The notes under the pieces are model-generated. The model made no database searches. It saw only the letters and a list, made by a program, of their open reading frames with translations, and was not told the origin of the DNA. A stretch of DNA of 64,000 nt from a virus (lineage: Duplodnaviria > Caudoviricetes): positions 1 to 64,000 of the IMG/VR virus record IMGVR_UViG_3300034062_004592, one strand, 5' to 3'. Shown here piece by piece: positions 62,013 through 64,000 of this stretch; the first letter of the stretch is position 1; each line of letters opens with the position of its first letter. Position numbers and translations under genes: made by a program.

Positions 62013-62204
62013 TTACTCAGCAGTTTCTTCTGCCACAACTTCGGGAGTAATGGCTTCCTCTTCGGATTCTGGTTCAAACTCCAGAGTATCAACCAGTTTG
62101 CCAATGAGTTCAGCGGCAAACGCAATAAGGTTGCAGTCACCTGTGGCACGTGCAGAACCAAAGGAGTTGATGGCGGAAACCAGTTGAGACTTTTTGCAGG
62201 CCAT
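62013..62204 (-). CDS. hypothetical protein
   Basis: 63-aa ORF. Confidence 0.55.
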   Translation of the reverse strand: MACKKSQLVSAINSFGSARATGDCNLIAFAAELIGKLVDTLEFEPESEEEAITPEVVAEETAE

Positions 62205-62240
62205 GTCAGTCAGTTAGCTTACGTAAAATATAGCAAATAA

Positions 62241-62564
62241 TCACCAGGGGATGCCAGCCGCTGATGTCGGGTTGAGCTTTTGTTGAATCTGGTTGTTCAA
62301 ACCTTCTTCAATGGAAACAACTTGATCGACGCCAAGTGTTGCCAGTAACCAACCAACGACTTGCGATTTGGTCAATTGATTGTACGGCGTAAAGGAACCG
62401 GAGCCTGGCTCACCTAGCCCAACGCTGCCGTAAACACTGGCTGCTTCACCGCTTTCTTCCAGGGATGCAGTCCAGTGGATCTTGTAAACGGCACCGTCCG
62501 GGCATGTGTCTCCATCAGGAAGATGACGCTCAAGCTGTGCAATATCCCAGGTAACAGTAGACAT
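62241..62564 (-). CDS. tail fibre-associated protein
   Basis: TWDIAQLER..VYKIHW..FTPYNQLT..VVGW..PTSAAGIPW. Confidence 0.65.
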   Translation of the reverse strand: MSTVTWDIAQLERHLPDGDTCPDGAVYKIHWTASLEESGEAASVYGSVGLGEPGSGSFTPYNQLTKSQVVGWLLATLGVDQVVSIEEGLNNQIQQKLNPTSAAGIPW

Positions 62565-62616
62565 GTTGATAAATGTTTTTCTTATTTTAACGGTTTGTTG
62601 ATTTAAGCAACCTTAG

Positions 62617-63123
62617 TTAAAAACCAATTTCCAAAAATGAATGTCTTTCTGTTGACACAAACCCACTTCGTGCTTGCCTTACAGAAATCCAGTACGGCAG
62701 AATACCAATCTTACGCCACATCCAGGCTCTCCATGTGTCGATTTTGATGTGAGTGGCATCGGATGCTTTGTAGGAATCACCATCTTGGTAGCTGTGACCC
62801 TCAATGGGAACACGGCCACCCCACACTTGCTTTGCAATGGCAAGCGCTCGTGGCATGTGGGAGGAATCAGTGACCACAAACAAACGTGTGATGCCAAGTC
62901 GACGCAACAACTTATAGGTATGAGTGAAGTTGGTGACAGTGTCCCAGGCCTGTATGTCGATTGCGATTCGACTGCGATCAATGCCAGCAGCATCGTAATA
63001 ACTGAGGCCATGGTCACCCCCTTCCGAGGAGATGACCACAGTTGCATTTGGATACTGCAGAGCAAGTTTAGCGGCCTTAGTTGCCCTGACCGGATTACCT
63101 CCCAAATGAAGAATAATATCCAC
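62617..63123 (-). CDS. YdcF/DUF218 (ElyC/SanA-like) protein
   Basis: GTG start VDIILHLGG..R, AWDTVTN, VVTDSSHMPRA. Confidence 0.7.
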   Translation of the reverse strand: MDIILHLGGNPVRATKAAKLALQYPNATVVISSEGGDHGLSYYDAAGIDRSRIAIDIQAWDTVTNFTHTYKLLRRLGITRLFVVTDSSHMPRALAIAKQVWGGRVPIEGHSYQDGDSYKASDATHIKIDTWRAWMWRKIGILPYWISVRQARSGFVSTERHSFLEIGF

Positions 63124-63127
63124 GTGC

Positions 63128-63895
63128 TTACCAAGAAGAAAGGGCTGTACGTCGCCACGTATCTGTAGCAGTGCAGACGTAAATGTAGTTGGCATCCCAG
63201 CAGATTTCACCGGCGGTGCCAGTGGCGGTTGCTGATGCTGGAGTACGGGCAGTGCGCAGGCGAACGGTGTCAGAGTTTACATCTAATAGCGTGGAAGGAC
63301 TACTCGTCCCAATCCCCACGCGGCCAGCGCTGTCGATGCGGAAGCGTTCGGCATTCACTGTCCAGAGTGTTAATGCATTACTTTGATAACCTATGTATCC
63401 ATTTGGGTCGACACTGTTAACAAAACGTAGATATAAATCCGCGTTAGACGTTTGAAGTGTTGCGGGCGTAGTTGCGCTACCAGAAACGTGCAAAGATGTG
63501 CTAGGGCTACTCGTCCCAACCCCAAGTCTGCCCGTTGAATCAATAAAAATTCTTCCTGCACCACCAGTGCTAATACCTAAAATGTCAGTACCAGCACCAT
63601 ATAAGCCAGGTGCCACACTTGCGCCAACACCCACTTGAATACTTGGTGCACCAGCGCTTCCTGCTGGAGCTTTAATAATTGCACCAGAAATTTGTGTGGT
63701 GTAAACACCTGATGCAAAGTTGGCAGTTGTACCAGTTACCGTTGTAGCTTGGACATTTAAACCGGAGATGGTACCTGTTGCTGTTACGTTACCAGTAAAG
63801 GTAGGGTTTTGAACTAAACCTGAAATTGCTACACTCTTATCTCCGCCCGCATCTGTAAACGTAATCGTATCAACCTTGATAGTACCGTACGGCAT
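63128..63895 (-). CDS. tail fibre protein
   Basis: RIDSAGRVGIGTSSPST repeats; C-terminal GTAGEICWDANYIYVCTATDTWRR. Confidence 0.8.
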   Translation of the reverse strand: MPYGTIKVDTITFTDAGGDKSVAISGLVQNPTFTGNVTATGTISGLNVQATTVTGTTANFASGVYTTQISGAIIKAPAGSAGAPSIQVGVGASVAPGLYGAGTDILGISTGGAGRIFIDSTGRLGVGTSSPSTSLHVSGSATTPATLQTSNADLYLRFVNSVDPNGYIGYQSNALTLWTVNAERFRIDSAGRVGIGTSSPSTLLDVNSDTVRLRTARTPASATATGTAGEICWDANYIYVCTATDTWRRTALSSW

Positions 63896-63933
63896 TGTTG
63901 CTTACCTGTTTTTACTTATTTTAAGCCAAAAAA

Positions 63934-64000
63934 TTAAGGAAGGATGATTAATGGTCCTTGAATTACAAAACCAGATGCACTACCAGAAACAACACCGGAG
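63934..64000 (-). CDS. 3' end of a tail-related gene entering from the window edge
   Basis: ...SGVVSGSASGFVIQGPLIILP*. Confidence 0.45.
   Translation of the reverse strand, partial: SGVVSGSASGFVIQGPLIILP

Noticed and set aside
63124-63210. N-terminal extension of the DUF218 ORF overlapping the tail fibre
   Set aside because: GTG at 63123, right after the fibre stop, begins the recognisable domain

Overview
This 64-kb window is from a tailed dsDNA cyanophage, probably infecting freshwater Synechococcus/Cyanobium (it carries hli, thyX, speD, a ferritin-like gene and cyanophage-type tail and lysin modules). Layout: 1-17.4 kb (- strand) is the morphogenesis block, with a circularly permuted M23 peptidase, major capsid, scaffold, portal, large terminase and a run of Gly/Ala/Gln-rich putative internal virion proteins. 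17.7-18.2 kb is a largely non-coding region near the switch in transcription direction. 18.2-42 kb (+) is an early/middle arm of small genes plus tRNA-Leu(UAA), thyX, GP88, endonuclease VII, family A DNA polymerase, SSB and Gp157. 42-51 kb holds an inserted tail-fibre module, a ferritin-like gene, small basic proteins and candidate ncRNAs. 51.5-60 kb (+) encodes an exonuclease, primase-helicase, speD, HNH proteins and a GT4 glycosyltransferase; 60-64 kb has lysis and tail-fibre genes. Two unexplained signals stand out. (1) Structured RNA elements punctuate the early arm: tRNA-like acceptor/T-arm minihelices fused to a pseudoknot, refoldable RNase III-type hairpins, and a dispersed covarying H-type pseudoknot family. 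Each could leave a structured 5' end on the next mRNA. (2) Families of small GC-rich genes have constant blocks and hypervariable inserts, and several are flanked by 30-43 bp direct repeats, which suggests a recombinationally shuffled cassette repertoire. All product calls come from motif recognition by eye; no searches were run.
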